Below, piece after piece: positions 8,672 to 16,468 of a stretch of 64,000 bases of DNA. The notes beneath the pieces are model-generated. The model had not been told where the DNA came from, searched no databases, and saw only the letters and a program-made list of their open reading frames with translations. The stretch is from NCBI GenBank assembly GCA_035291225.1, contig DATDSO010000010.1, forward strand, positions 82,090 to 146,089, written 5' to 3'. Source of the stretch: an archaeon (GTDB lineage: Archaea; Aenigmatarchaeota; Aenigmatarchaeia; Aenigmatarchaeales; JACQIB01). How positions within the stretch are numbered: position 1 is the stretch's first letter; each line of letters starts with the position of its first letter. The position numbers and the translations under genes are program-made.

Positions 8672-9007
8672 CTACTCGTATTCTCTCCAAACATTCTCGC
8701 ATTTCGTGCAGCGATAAAATCTTGTCGGTGGCTCATCGCTTGCGCGAGTTTGCTGCATCCACCAGAATGCCTCCACATGTTCACATTTTGGGCAGGCAAT
8801 ATTTGTTTTCGGAAGAACATCAACTTTCGCTTTTTTGTCAACAACAATAATTTTCTCATCCTTCTTTTGCATTGTTGAAGATATTTTAAAGTCACCCCTG
8901 CCGGCAGAAGAAGTTTTTTTCTTTCCGCAGTTCCTGCAAACCAGAGCAGTGCTTTTGCCAGCCTTGTGCGGCATCATCAGCCCGCCGCATTTATCGCAGA
9001 ATTCCAT
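8672..9007 (-). CDS. tfs: Transcription factor S (TFS) / RNAP subunit M-like, the archaeal TFIIS homolog.
   Basis: An N-terminal Zn ribbon CDKCGG...CRNCG and a C-terminal Zn ribbon CPKCEHVEAFWWMQQTRASDEPPTRFYRCTKCENVWREYE with an acidic loop. Confidence 0.85.
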   Translation of the reverse strand: MEFCDKCGGLMMPHKAGKSTALVCRNCGKKKTSSAGRGDFKISSTMQKKDEKIIVVDKKAKVDVLPKTNIACPKCEHVEAFWWMQQTRASDEPPTRFYRCTKCENVWREYE

Positions 9008-9070
9008 GGTTTTAGAGATGGAATTCGGGATTTTTAAAGGTTTATAAAATGGAAAAAATAAAGTTGTGTC

Positions 9071-9451
9071 ATGACACCAATAGAAACAATGGCTCTGCTT
9101 GTAGTTCTGCTTGGCTTGATAAAACTTGCTGTTATTCTGTCAAACCCGCAAAAATGGATGTTTGTTATGCGCGCATTTTACTCGCGGCCAAAATTTACAA
9201 CGGCTTTTTCAGTTGCGCTTATTGCAATTTCCCTTTTTTTCCTTTTAGCTGAACTTACAATTGTCCAGATTTTTGCAACAATGATTTTTTTCATGGGCTT
9301 AATGTTAATGGGATTTTCTGCGTATTCAAAGGAGATGCTTGCATTGTCTCAGAAAATGTTGAAAGATAAAAATTCTCTGAAAAAAGCATGGCTTTCAATT
9401 GTTGTTTGGCTCGCGCTTTCTGTTTGGGTTTTGTATGGGATTTTATTTTGA
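9071..9451 (+). CDS. Small integral membrane protein.
   Basis: Four predicted TM helices. A TATA-like TTTATAAAA lies ~30 nt upstream. Confidence 0.45.
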   Translation: MTPIETMALLVVLLGLIKLAVILSNPQKWMFVMRAFYSRPKFTTAFSVALIAISLFFLLAELTIVQIFATMIFFMGLMLMGFSAYSKEMLALSQKMLKDKNSLKKAWLSIVVWLALSVWVLYGILF

Positions 9452-9489
9452 GCTGGTATTTTTAAGCGGGAAAAATAATTCTTCCTCTG

Positions 9490-10221
9490 TTGATTCCAAT
9501 GGCAACAATCCCAGACTATGTAATGCCCGCGCTTGGCATTGTCACTCCGGCAGCCGCGCTTGCTGCGTGGTTTATCCTGAATAAAAGTTTGCTCTCTGCA
9601 AAAACAAAAATTCCTTTGAATGAAAGAAAGCGCTTCTCTTATTTTTTGCTTGCTGGGCTTTTGGGATGGCTCGCCATTTCTTTTGTTTTCGGCTGGCTGG
9701 AAATTTTCAGGAATTTTTCATTTCTTGTTTTAATTTTCGGCTACGGAATTCCATACCTCGCAAATAAATTTCTCAACAGCTCGCAAATGCTTCAGCTTGC
9801 TGTTGACTCTGCCCCGAACCACTGGCTAATCGGAATCCAGCTTTACAGAGTGCTCGGAATAATTTTCCTAACAATGTACGCAGCAGGATTGCTTCCGGCG
9901 GCGTTTGCAATCCCATCAGGAGTCGGAGATATTATTGTCGGACTTTCCGCTCCTGTTGTCGCTTATCTGCTTTTCAAGAAAACTTCCAACTCAAAAAAAC
10001 TTGCGATTTTCTGGAACTATATTGGAATTCTGGATTTGATAATCGCGCTTACAATGGGCCCAATTACTGCGCCAACTCCGGTTCAGCTCCTCTCTTTTGA
10101 CGCGCCCAACTTGCCTATAATTTCCTATCCGCTTGTTTCAGTGCCGGCGTTTGCTGTCCCATTCTCGCTTATTTTGCATTTGTTTTCTTTGAGAATTTTG
10201 GGAAAGAAATTTAAATTGTAA
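9490..10221 (+). CDS. Integral membrane protein of unknown function.
   Basis: Multiple hydrophobic helices and no soluble domain motif. Confidence 0.5.
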   Translation: MIPMATIPDYVMPALGIVTPAAALAAWFILNKSLLSAKTKIPLNERKRFSYFLLAGLLGWLAISFVFGWLEIFRNFSFLVLIFGYGIPYLANKFLNSSQMLQLAVDSAPNHWLIGIQLYRVLGIIFLTMYAAGLLPAAFAIPSGVGDIIVGLSAPVVAYLLFKKTSNSKKLAIFWNYIGILDLIIALTMGPITAPTPVQLLSFDAPNLPIISYPLVSVPAFAVPFSLILHLFSLRILGKKFKL

Positions 10222-10224
10222 TTT

Positions 10225-10728
10225 TTATGCCAGCCCCAGCAATTCAAACGCCCCAACTTTTACCCAGCCGAGAATTGGAATTTTCAGAATTGCTTTTCCA
10301 TGTATTTGCGATTCTCTCACGCCATGCTCAAAATCCCCCTGAACAGAATTTGCATCGCCTTTTGTTTCAAAAGTTCCATCAGAATTTTCTGAAACAATCC
10401 TGTGAATAATTGGAAATTTATATCCGCCCTTCACTGCGTCAAAAACAATTATGTCGCCGACTTTGTAGCCTTGGATTTTATTTTCTCCGAGGAACATTCC
10501 TGTTACTCCGCTGCTTGGGCTTGAAACAATTATCATATCCCCTTTGTAAAAAGTCGGAACCATGCTGCCGGAGAAAACAGCAACAACAGGAGTGTCTGTG
10601 CTTAATGCAAAACCCAGTCCTGTCATTGCAAGCCAAGCAAAAAAGAAACCGCCCACAATGTAGATTGCAGTTCCCAAATTTGTGTCGCGGATTTTTTTCC
10701 ATTTTGATTTCAGTTCGGACATCTTCAT
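10225..10728 (-). CDS. Signal peptidase I of archaeal/ER type (S26B, Sec11-like).
   Basis: An N-terminal TM anchor, the catalytic Ser box FSGSMVPTF, and a His box IIHRI. Confidence 0.8.
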   Translation of the reverse strand: MKMSELKSKWKKIRDTNLGTAIYIVGGFFFAWLAMTGLGFALSTDTPVVAVFSGSMVPTFYKGDMIIVSSPSSGVTGMFLGENKIQGYKVGDIIVFDAVKGGYKFPIIHRIVSENSDGTFETKGDANSVQGDFEHGVRESQIHGKAILKIPILGWVKVGAFELLGLA

Positions 10729-10767
10729 AATTACCTACCAATAATTAGTATATGTGGTATAAAAAGC

Positions 10768-11634
10768 TTACGAAAGCACAACCCAAACTCCCGCGAGCAT
10801 TATTAACGCTCCAATAATCTTAAGCTTAATTCCCTTTTCTCCAAACAAGGCAAAGCCCGCGAAAGCCATTAAAATTGTTCGCAGCATTTGCACCGGAGTG
10901 AAAATTGTCGGTGACACAAGTTTGACCGCGGCAAAAACCGCCCACAGCGCAATTGCATAAAAAATCCCCAATATCAACGACCAGTTATTGAAAATATTTT
11001 TAAATGGCTTGCCAGATTTTGCATAAACAGCAGAGTAGATTGCAGTCATACCCAGAATTATGTAAAAAGTATATTTAGTTGGACTGAAACTTGCGAGCGC
11101 TAGCTTGTCAACATTTGCGGTCAGCCCGTAGAGGAAAGCCATCGCAAGCATATAGAAAGAAACTTTTGATTTTATGATTCCAGAAAAAGTTTCTGAAAGA
11201 TTGTTTTTCAGATGTACTACAAAAGCTCCTGCTGCCACAAGTGCAGCTCCCACAAAAATTTTCAGCTGAAAAGATTCTCCCAATAGAAATATTGCCAGCG
11301 CCGCCACAAAAACCGGACGCATGTTTTCCAGAGGACCGACAATTGAAAGCTCGCCGCTTTTGAGAGCTTTAACAAAAAATATGAACGCTGCTGCATTGAG
11401 CCCAATTGAAGCAAGCAAATAAAAAAGCGCCGACTGTGATGGAAAAATCTGCGGCTCTGAAATGTATGATGAAATAAAAATTGGAGAGAATAAAATTGTT
11501 GCAGTCAGAAATCCTCCGAGCGCTACTGCAATAGAATCCATTTTCAATTTGTCTGTTGCCCACTTTGCTGCTATCAACCCAATGCTCACTGAAACTATGT
11601 TCAGAATTGTATAAAGAATCCATCGCTCGACCAT
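10768..11634 (-). CDS. EamA/DMT-family transporter.
   Basis: About 10 TM helices arranged as two EamA-like halves. Confidence 0.65.
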   Translation of the reverse strand: MVERWILYTILNIVSVSIGLIAAKWATDKLKMDSIAVALGGFLTATILFSPIFISSYISEPQIFPSQSALFYLLASIGLNAAAFIFFVKALKSGELSIVGPLENMRPVFVAALAIFLLGESFQLKIFVGAALVAAGAFVVHLKNNLSETFSGIIKSKVSFYMLAMAFLYGLTANVDKLALASFSPTKYTFYIILGMTAIYSAVYAKSGKPFKNIFNNWSLILGIFYAIALWAVFAAVKLVSPTIFTPVQMLRTILMAFAGFALFGEKGIKLKIIGALIMLAGVWVVLS

Positions 11635-11665
11635 TTTTTATTTATAGTTAATTAGACTTAAAAAT

Positions 11666-12310
11666 TCACGCCCGCCCCACACTCTCTCCTAAAACCACAC
11701 CAGAAGCAATCAAGTGCGCGCAGCGCAGAGGCTCTGGAACAAAAGCGCGCGTTGTGCAAACTGATAAAATTTCCGCGGCGTCTTTTGGAGAAAGGCCCGC
11801 GCACTGAAAAAAGAATTTTCCTTTTTTCTTTTGTAAAGAAAATTCTGCAGTGTAAACAGTTCCGGCCGCGCGCGCACATTCGAGAATTTTTGTGGGCTTT
11901 TCGGTTTTCGTTGCAGCAGCGAAAAATTTTTCAAAATCAATTTTCTTTCTTGTAACTGCAATTACTGGAAGCTTTGTTTTCTCAAAAATTTTCTGTATAT
12001 TCACAATATTGAAGCCTGCAAAAGTAATTCCATCCAGCATTATCACACGAAGGTCTTTGAACTTGCACTTCTTCACTGAAGAAATAATTTTTTCCTCCGC
12101 GTTCGAGCCGTCGATTTCTATTTCTTCTTTCAAAAGCCCGTCCATGAATTGCCCGCCGCGGAAAACCGCGCCAATTAAAATTGTTTTTCCTTTTTCATGG
12201 AATTCAAACGGCCCGTCATCAAAAGCAAGCACGCGGATTTCAGGCTTGATTTTTTTGAAGGATATCATAGAATAAATTAAATCTTCGTAAATAAAAATTA
12301 AGAGTTTCAA
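11666..12310 (-). CDS. UPF0215/DUF99-family protein. The true start is probably the internal Met (MISFKK...).
   Basis: Conserved archaeal DUF99 blocks: VLAFDDGPF, IGAVFRGG, and a GITFAGFN-like segment. Confidence 0.55.
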   Translation of the reverse strand: MKLLIFIYEDLIYSMISFKKIKPEIRVLAFDDGPFEFHEKGKTILIGAVFRGGQFMDGLLKEEIEIDGSNAEEKIISSVKKCKFKDLRVIMLDGITFAGFNIVNIQKIFEKTKLPVIAVTRKKIDFEKFFAAATKTEKPTKILECARAAGTVYTAEFSLQKKKGKFFFQCAGLSPKDAAEILSVCTTRAFVPEPLRCAHLIASGVVLGESVGRA

Positions 12311-12318
12311 AACAAATT

Positions 12319-12585
12319 TTATTCTTTCAAAGCTCTCTTAAACTCTTTCTCGAGCTCATCGCACTGCTCAGCAACAGCATCTGCCGCGCGCTGCAAAAGC
12401 TTGCGCGGATTTGAGCCGTGCACAATTATTTTTGGCTCTAAAAGAAATGGATGCTCGCGAACAGCAGCAGCCTCCCCTCCTTCTGCCCAGACTTGCTTTG
12501 CAATAACCTGCGAAACTGTCTGCGTGTCCCCGCCGAGCTCAACAGATAATTTTTCCTTTTCGTCTAAAAGAACTTTGATGTTCAT
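12319..12585 (-). CDS. rpoL: DNA-directed RNA polymerase subunit L (Rpb11 homolog).
   Basis: An 88-aa protein with the archaeal RpoL pattern: ...LELKGETHTLGN-like core EHPFLLEPKIIVHGSNP. Confidence 0.65.
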   Translation of the reverse strand: MNIKVLLDEKEKLSVELGGDTQTVSQVIAKQVWAEGGEAAAVREHPFLLEPKIIVHGSNPRKLLQRAADAVAEQCDELEKEFKRALKE

Positions 12586-12660
12586 ATATTTTCAATAGCA
12601 GCAGGGCTTTTTAAAGTTTTACTCTGGCAAGCATTTAAAGTTAAAATTTGAACCTTCTTT

Positions 12661-13245
12661 ATGTTGTCGTCCTATATATCGATGAAAGAATATGCCCTAT
12701 ACAGATTGATATCCTATTTGTTTAGTCCTATGTTTGTGGCAGCGGCTGAAGTTGTTGCTTTCGCTCCATTCTCAAAAAATATCGTGGGTTCTCTGCTGAT
12801 AGGTTTTATTTTTCTTACTCTTTCACCGACTTTGATTATTTATAGAAAGTATAAAAGGGGAGAGGTCGATATTGATATTTCCGATAAGGAAGATAGACCA
12901 AGAATTTTTATTTATTCGATTATAAGCTTTGGTATCTGCACAGCGCTTTTCTGGTTAGTAAAAGATAAGCTGATGTTCACGGTTGCATTATCGTACTTTC
13001 TTGTTACAACAGTTATAATGCTGATGAATTTTTTCTCAAAAATCAGCACACACACAGCCGGCTTGGCGGGGCCTGTAACAGCAATTGTTTTTTATTTCGG
13101 GATTTATTATGCCGGACTTTTTTTGCTTTTGCTTCCCGTTGCATATTCAAGATTTAAATTAGGCAAGCACAATAGATTTCAGCTTTTTTCAGGAGCAATA
13201 ATAGCGAGTGTACTAACTTATTTAATTTTCACAGCGGTGTTTTGA
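12661..13245 (+). CDS. Polytopic membrane protein, possibly PAP2-like.
   Basis: Five to six TM helices. The SHTAG / SRFKLGKH segments resemble PAP2 phosphatase motifs. Confidence 0.45.
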   Translation: MLSSYISMKEYALYRLISYLFSPMFVAAAEVVAFAPFSKNIVGSLLIGFIFLTLSPTLIIYRKYKRGEVDIDISDKEDRPRIFIYSIISFGICTALFWLVKDKLMFTVALSYFLVTTVIMLMNFFSKISTHTAGLAGPVTAIVFYFGIYYAGLFLLLLPVAYSRFKLGKHNRFQLFSGAIIASVLTYLIFTAVF

Positions 13246-13643
13246 TGCTTTGTTCAATATGCTACAAAAAAGAAGGAGAGTGGCAATGCCAAGTCTGCAA
13301 GAGGATTGTCTGCGCAGATGATGCAAGACCGACAGGCAATGGGGTTTTTTGCGTGCAGCATGCTCCACAATCTTTCCAAAATAAACAGCAATCTCCCGCA
13401 ATAGAAGAAAGTGAGAGCTTGAAATCCATCAAGTCGGCATTCTTCACGGTTCTGTTCCTCACGTTGGGCATGGCTGTCATTGGATTTGTCGGCCAGCAGT
13501 TTGTGCAGACAACAGAATTACCTGAAAATGTGCAGGATGCCATAAAGTCTTTAACTTCTGTAGGCATAACAGTTATCTCTTTGATGGGAGTTGTAACTCT
13601 GATACTTGGGGTGGCGTACTTTGCCATGAGAAAGCGAAAATGA
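13242..13643 (+). CDS. Zinc-ribbon (B-box-like) protein with a C-terminal membrane anchor.
   Basis: CSICYKKEGEWQCQVCKRIVCADD...CVQH Cys/His cluster followed by two TM helices. There is a 4-nt overlap with the upstream gene. Confidence 0.45.
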   Translation: MMLCSICYKKEGEWQCQVCKRIVCADDARPTGNGVFCVQHAPQSFQNKQQSPAIEESESLKSIKSAFFTVLFLTLGMAVIGFVGQQFVQTTELPENVQDAIKSLTSVGITVISLMGVVTLILGVAYFAMRKRK

Positions 13644-13676
13644 AAAGCTTATAAGTCTGAGTGTATAATATTTTTT

Positions 13677-15077
13677 GTGATTTCAATGAGAGGTTTCGCT
13701 CTGGCTATTTTGCTTTTGGCCTTCTTCACCGCGCCTGCGCTTGGAGCTGAAGAAAATCTGGAAAATATAACAATTTCCGCAACAAATCCTTCAGAAGTTC
13801 TGGCGGGCGATTCAACTTTTTTTGAAGTGACTGTCACTAATAACTTTTTGGAAACGGATTGGTTTAGCATTTCAGTTTATCCTTCAGATTGGACAACAAT
13901 AGAAAATGGAATCTCTTCATTTATGCTTGGGAATGGCGGGAGCAAAACTTTAAAAATTTTCGTCAGTCCTCCAGTTGACGTTCGAGCGGCAAAATATGTT
14001 TACACAATAAATATTCAGAAAAGCTCCGGAGAGAAAGCCTTGAAAGATGTTGTTGTCGGAGTCCAGCAAAGATATGTTTCTGCTCTAATTTCTGATTTGA
14101 GATTAAGCTGCACCGAATGTGCGGGGCAATTAACAACAACAGCAAGAGTCAAGAATGTCGGCAACACACCAATAGCAAACGGGATTTTAGCCTTCTCTGT
14201 TGGTAATTTCAAAAAAGCTGTGGTAATAGATAATCTTAATCAGGGAGAGGAAAAAGAGTTTTCTGCCACATTTTTGCCGGTAACATGGGAGCCACATGAG
14301 TATGAAGTTTTTGTGCAGCTAGCAGCAGGAGCGAGCAGCGATTCTAAAACCGCGAGATTTTCAGTCCCGCCGATTACAAATTTCATCACAGACAAAAGCG
14401 AGCGAGATACTTTTTGGGGAAAGCGTGTGACAGCTACAGTTAGAAATGTTGGGAATGTAAAAGGGCCAGCGACAATTTCATCTGGCTCTGATTTCAGTCC
14501 GTTTATCGCTCTCTATCCAGATACAGCCGGCGCATCAATAACAGGAAATGCTGTAAGCTGGTATGCTGAACTCAAGCCAGGTGAATCAAAGACAGTTTCT
14601 TACAGCCAAGTTTTCTGGCCGACACCATTTATTGTTTTGTTTTTGATTTTTGCCGCGCTTTATGGCCATTCAATCGCAACAGCACTTGAAATAAATAAAT
14701 TCGCTCTGGGAACAGGAAAAGAGTTTGGAGTTTCCATAAAAATCAAAAACAAGGGAACTCGTGCAGATGGGGTTGTCGTGCGCGATGTGCTGCCTCATGG
14801 ATTTGATTTGGTTCCGATTTTTGAAACAGTCAAGCCCATAATCAGAAAAATTTCTGATGGGACTGAGTTGATTTGGAGGCTCGGCTCGGTCGGGAAGGGA
14901 GAAGAAAGGGTTTTGCATTACAGGGCAAAAAGCGGAGGCCATGGTGGAGCCATTCCACCTGCGGTTTTGCGTGGCGCTAGAGGCAGAAGCATTGTCTTGA
15001 GAAAATCAAACTATGTTGTTCTTCCAAAAGCCGCCAATGCAGAGCCAACAAAAGTCAAAGTAAGAGTCGTAGAGTGA
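13677..15077 (+). CDS. Secreted surface protein with CARDB/DUF11-like beta-sandwich repeats and a TM anchor.
   Basis: N-terminal signal peptide. Repeated ...TV(T)NVGN... blocks (KNVGNTPIANG, RNVGNVKGPA, IKNKGTRADG). An internal hydrophobic helix PTPFIVLFLIFAALYG. Confidence 0.6.
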   Translation: MISMRGFALAILLLAFFTAPALGAEENLENITISATNPSEVLAGDSTFFEVTVTNNFLETDWFSISVYPSDWTTIENGISSFMLGNGGSKTLKIFVSPPVDVRAAKYVYTINIQKSSGEKALKDVVVGVQQRYVSALISDLRLSCTECAGQLTTTARVKNVGNTPIANGILAFSVGNFKKAVVIDNLNQGEEKEFSATFLPVTWEPHEYEVFVQLAAGASSDSKTARFSVPPITNFITDKSERDTFWGKRVTATVRNVGNVKGPATISSGSDFSPFIALYPDTAGASITGNAVSWYAELKPGESKTVSYSQVFWPTPFIVLFLIFAALYGHSIATALEINKFALGTGKEFGVSIKIKNKGTRADGVVVRDVLPHGFDLVPIFETVKPIIRKISDGTELIWRLGSVGKGEERVLHYRAKSGGHGGAIPPAVLRGARGRSIVLRKSNYVVLPKAANAEPTKVKVRVVE

Positions 15078-15087
15078 GTTCTTAAAA

Positions 15088-15275
15088 GATATTTTTGGTC
15101 CCGCGGGGGAGATTTGAATTTGGGAATAAAAATTTATTTTTTTATTTCTCCCAGCCTCACGATTTCTTTTTTATTTCGAAACGCTGACTAAAAAATTCTT
15201 GCTTGTGCGCAAAAATCTACAGTCGTGCGCTCCACCATCTCTCCGCGCGCAAACTTTTATGTGCGCGATTGAGCT
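15088..15275 (-). tRNA. tRNA-Tyr(GTA) with three putative introns (D-loop, canonical 37/38, T-arm).
   Basis: On the minus strand, acceptor CCCGCGG pairs with CCGCGGG followed by A-CCA (C1:G72, an archaeal Tyr identity). Anticodon stem CACGA/TCGTG with loop CTGTAG..A. T-loop TTCAAAT. D-stem GCTC...GAGC. Total length is 188 nt, so about 110 nt of insertions are inferred. Confidence 0.5.
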
Positions 15276-15309
15276 ACCGCGGGTTGAAAATTATTTAGTC
15301 TGCTTAGCA

Positions 15310-15325
15310 TTAAAAAGCTTTTTAA
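15310..15325. promoter_or_regulatory. Perfectly palindromic BRE/TATA element TTAAAAAGCTTTTTAA, a candidate bidirectional promoter for 5S rRNA (+) and tRNA-Tyr (-).
   Basis: The 16-nt perfect palindrome is centred ~30 nt upstream of the 5S 5' end and ~33 nt upstream of the tRNA-Tyr 5' end on the opposite strand. Confidence 0.5.
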
Positions 15326-15347
15326 ACTTTCCTTTGCTTACAAATAA

Positions 15348-15464
15348 TGGTCGCGGCCAAGGCGGAGCGGCAAGACCTGTTCCCATTCCGAACACAGTAG
15401 TGAATCGTTCCAGCGATTTTGATTGTACTGCCGAAAAGGCGGGAAGTCAAAGACGCTGCGGCCA
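15348..15464 (+). rRNA. rrf: 5S ribosomal RNA.
   Basis: Loop C CCCAUUCCGAACACAGUAGUGAA matches the universal 5S CCGAAC...AGUGAA pattern. A downstream GAUUGUACUG...GGCGGGAA is present. A terminal helix TGGTCGCGGC pairs with GCTGCGGCCA. The ORF 15199-15483 over it is spurious. Confidence 0.8.
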
Positions 15465-15755
15465 CACTTTTAATTTTCTTTAAGAAGTTTGTAAAAGAAA
15501 TTTTTTCATGGCATTTGTATATTTTGATGTGGAGAGAGATCTGGTTGTAGTAGCCAAAAATAGAGGTCTTTACGGAATAGATTTAGGAGAACTTCCGTAT
15601 AGAATGAGAGCGGTTGAAACAGAAGAATATTCTTTTAAAGATTTTAGATTGCTTTTAGTAAGGGAACAGATTTCATGTTTAAGATTTTTGAGATTGGTTC
15701 ATTCCCCACCCAAATTATCAAACATTTAAATATTGTTTCTGCAAACTTGCTTTAT

Positions 15756-15862
15756 GCCCGAGTAGTATAGTGGCCTAGTATGCGAGCTTGTCATGAAATT
15801 TTTTAAAGAAAAATTTCAACAGAAAGCTTGTGACACGAGTTCAAATCTCGTCTCGGGCGCCA
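15756..15862 (+). tRNA. tRNA-Asp(GTC) with a canonical ~31-nt intron after position 37/38.
   Basis: Acceptor GCCCGAG/CTCGGGC plus G-CCA. Anticodon stem CGAGC/GCTTG with loop TTGTCA(T). T-arm ACGAG-TTCAAAT-CTCGT. A TATA-like TTTAAATA lies 28 nt upstream. Confidence 0.75.
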
Positions 15863-15874
15863 ACAAAAAATCAT

Positions 15875-16044
15875 GGGCCTATAACTCAGTCTGTGAGCGC
15901 CCGCGCTCAATCCGGCAAGGGCTTCACCTGAAATGGCAGAGTACAAGCCTTTTATCAATTTTGATAAAAGAATTGAGATGCGAAAATTTCGCATCCGTGA
16001 AAGAAAGCTTGGAGTCGTGGGTTCGAATCCCACTAGGCCCGCCA
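15875..16044 (+). tRNA. tRNA-Lys(TTT) with two putative introns (D-loop and canonical 37/38).
   Basis: Acceptor GGGCCTA/TAGGCCC plus G-CCA. T-arm GTGGG-TTCGAAT-CCCAC. Anticodon stem CAAGC/GCTTG with loop CTTTTA. The D-arm ACTC-AGTCTG[insert]GCA-GAGT is interrupted by ~41 nt. Total length is 170 nt. Confidence 0.55.
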
Positions 16045-16062
16045 AAATTGAAATTTTCAAAA

Positions 16063-16077
16063 AAAAGCAAAGCTTTT
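16063..16077 (+). promoter_or_regulatory. Second copy of the AAAGCTTTTTAA BRE/TATA motif, ~130 nt upstream of rpoH.
   Basis: The sequence CAAAGCTTTTTAAAGG is nearly identical to the 5S promoter core. It is followed by a ~100-nt region with a 9-bp stem hairpin (TTCAAAGGT...ACCTTTGAA). Confidence 0.35.
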
Positions 16078-16205
16078 TAAAGGTTGGTTAATGGTAAACT
16101 ATTGAAGCATCTACATTTTTAACTCCCTAGATAGAGTGCTCTAACAGAATTCAAAGGTCAGATGTCGCGTAGCGCATCGCTTGCACCTTTGAAACTGGTG
16201 ATACC

Positions 16206-16466
16206 TTGACAGAGAAAGAAAAAACTTTTGATATTCTGACTCATAATTTAGTGCCACAGCACACCATTCTTTCAGAAAATGAAAAGTTGGCGTTGTTTGA
16301 AAAGTATAAAATTGCATCGCAACAGCTTCCGAAAATTCTATCCAGCGACGTTGTAGTGAAAGCAGTTGGAGCGAAGCATGGAGATGTTCTGAAAATTTTG
16401 AGAAAAAGCATAACAGCCGGCCAGACGGTCTATTACAGGCTTGTTGTAAAACATGAGGTCGAATAA
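16206..16466 (+). CDS. rpoH: DNA-directed RNA polymerase subunit H (Rpb5 homolog). A TTG start is likely.
   Basis: The motifs [24 protein letters not shown]...LPKI and [23 protein letters not shown] match the RpoH family. It sits immediately upstream of rpoB, as in archaeal RNAP operons. Confidence 0.8.
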   Translation: MTEKEKTFDILTHNLVPQHTILSENEKLALFEKYKIASQQLPKILSSDVVVKAVGAKHGDVLKILRKSITAGQTVYYRLVVKHEVE

Positions 16467-16468
16467 AT

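Noticed and set aside
8581-8895. A 104-aa minus-strand ORF overlapping the TFS gene in another frame.
   Set aside because: The TFS frame carries both zinc ribbons and the acidic hairpin. The overlapping frame has no features.
15199-15483. A 94-aa ORF on the plus strand.
   Set aside because: It lies over the 5S rRNA gene and its promoter. The sequence has clear 5S features (CCGAAC loop C, terminal helix), so it is not protein-coding.
15508-15729. A 73-aa ORF between the 5S rRNA and tRNA-Asp.
   Set aside because: No SD or TATA at a suitable distance and no recognisable motif. It lies in a stable-RNA cluster. It could be real, but evidence is insufficient to call it.
15803-16060. An 85-aa minus-strand ORF containing GFEPTT.
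   Set aside because: GFEP is the classic reverse-strand translation of a tRNA T-arm (GGTTCGAATCC). The region is the tRNA-Asp/tRNA-Lys pair on the plus strand.
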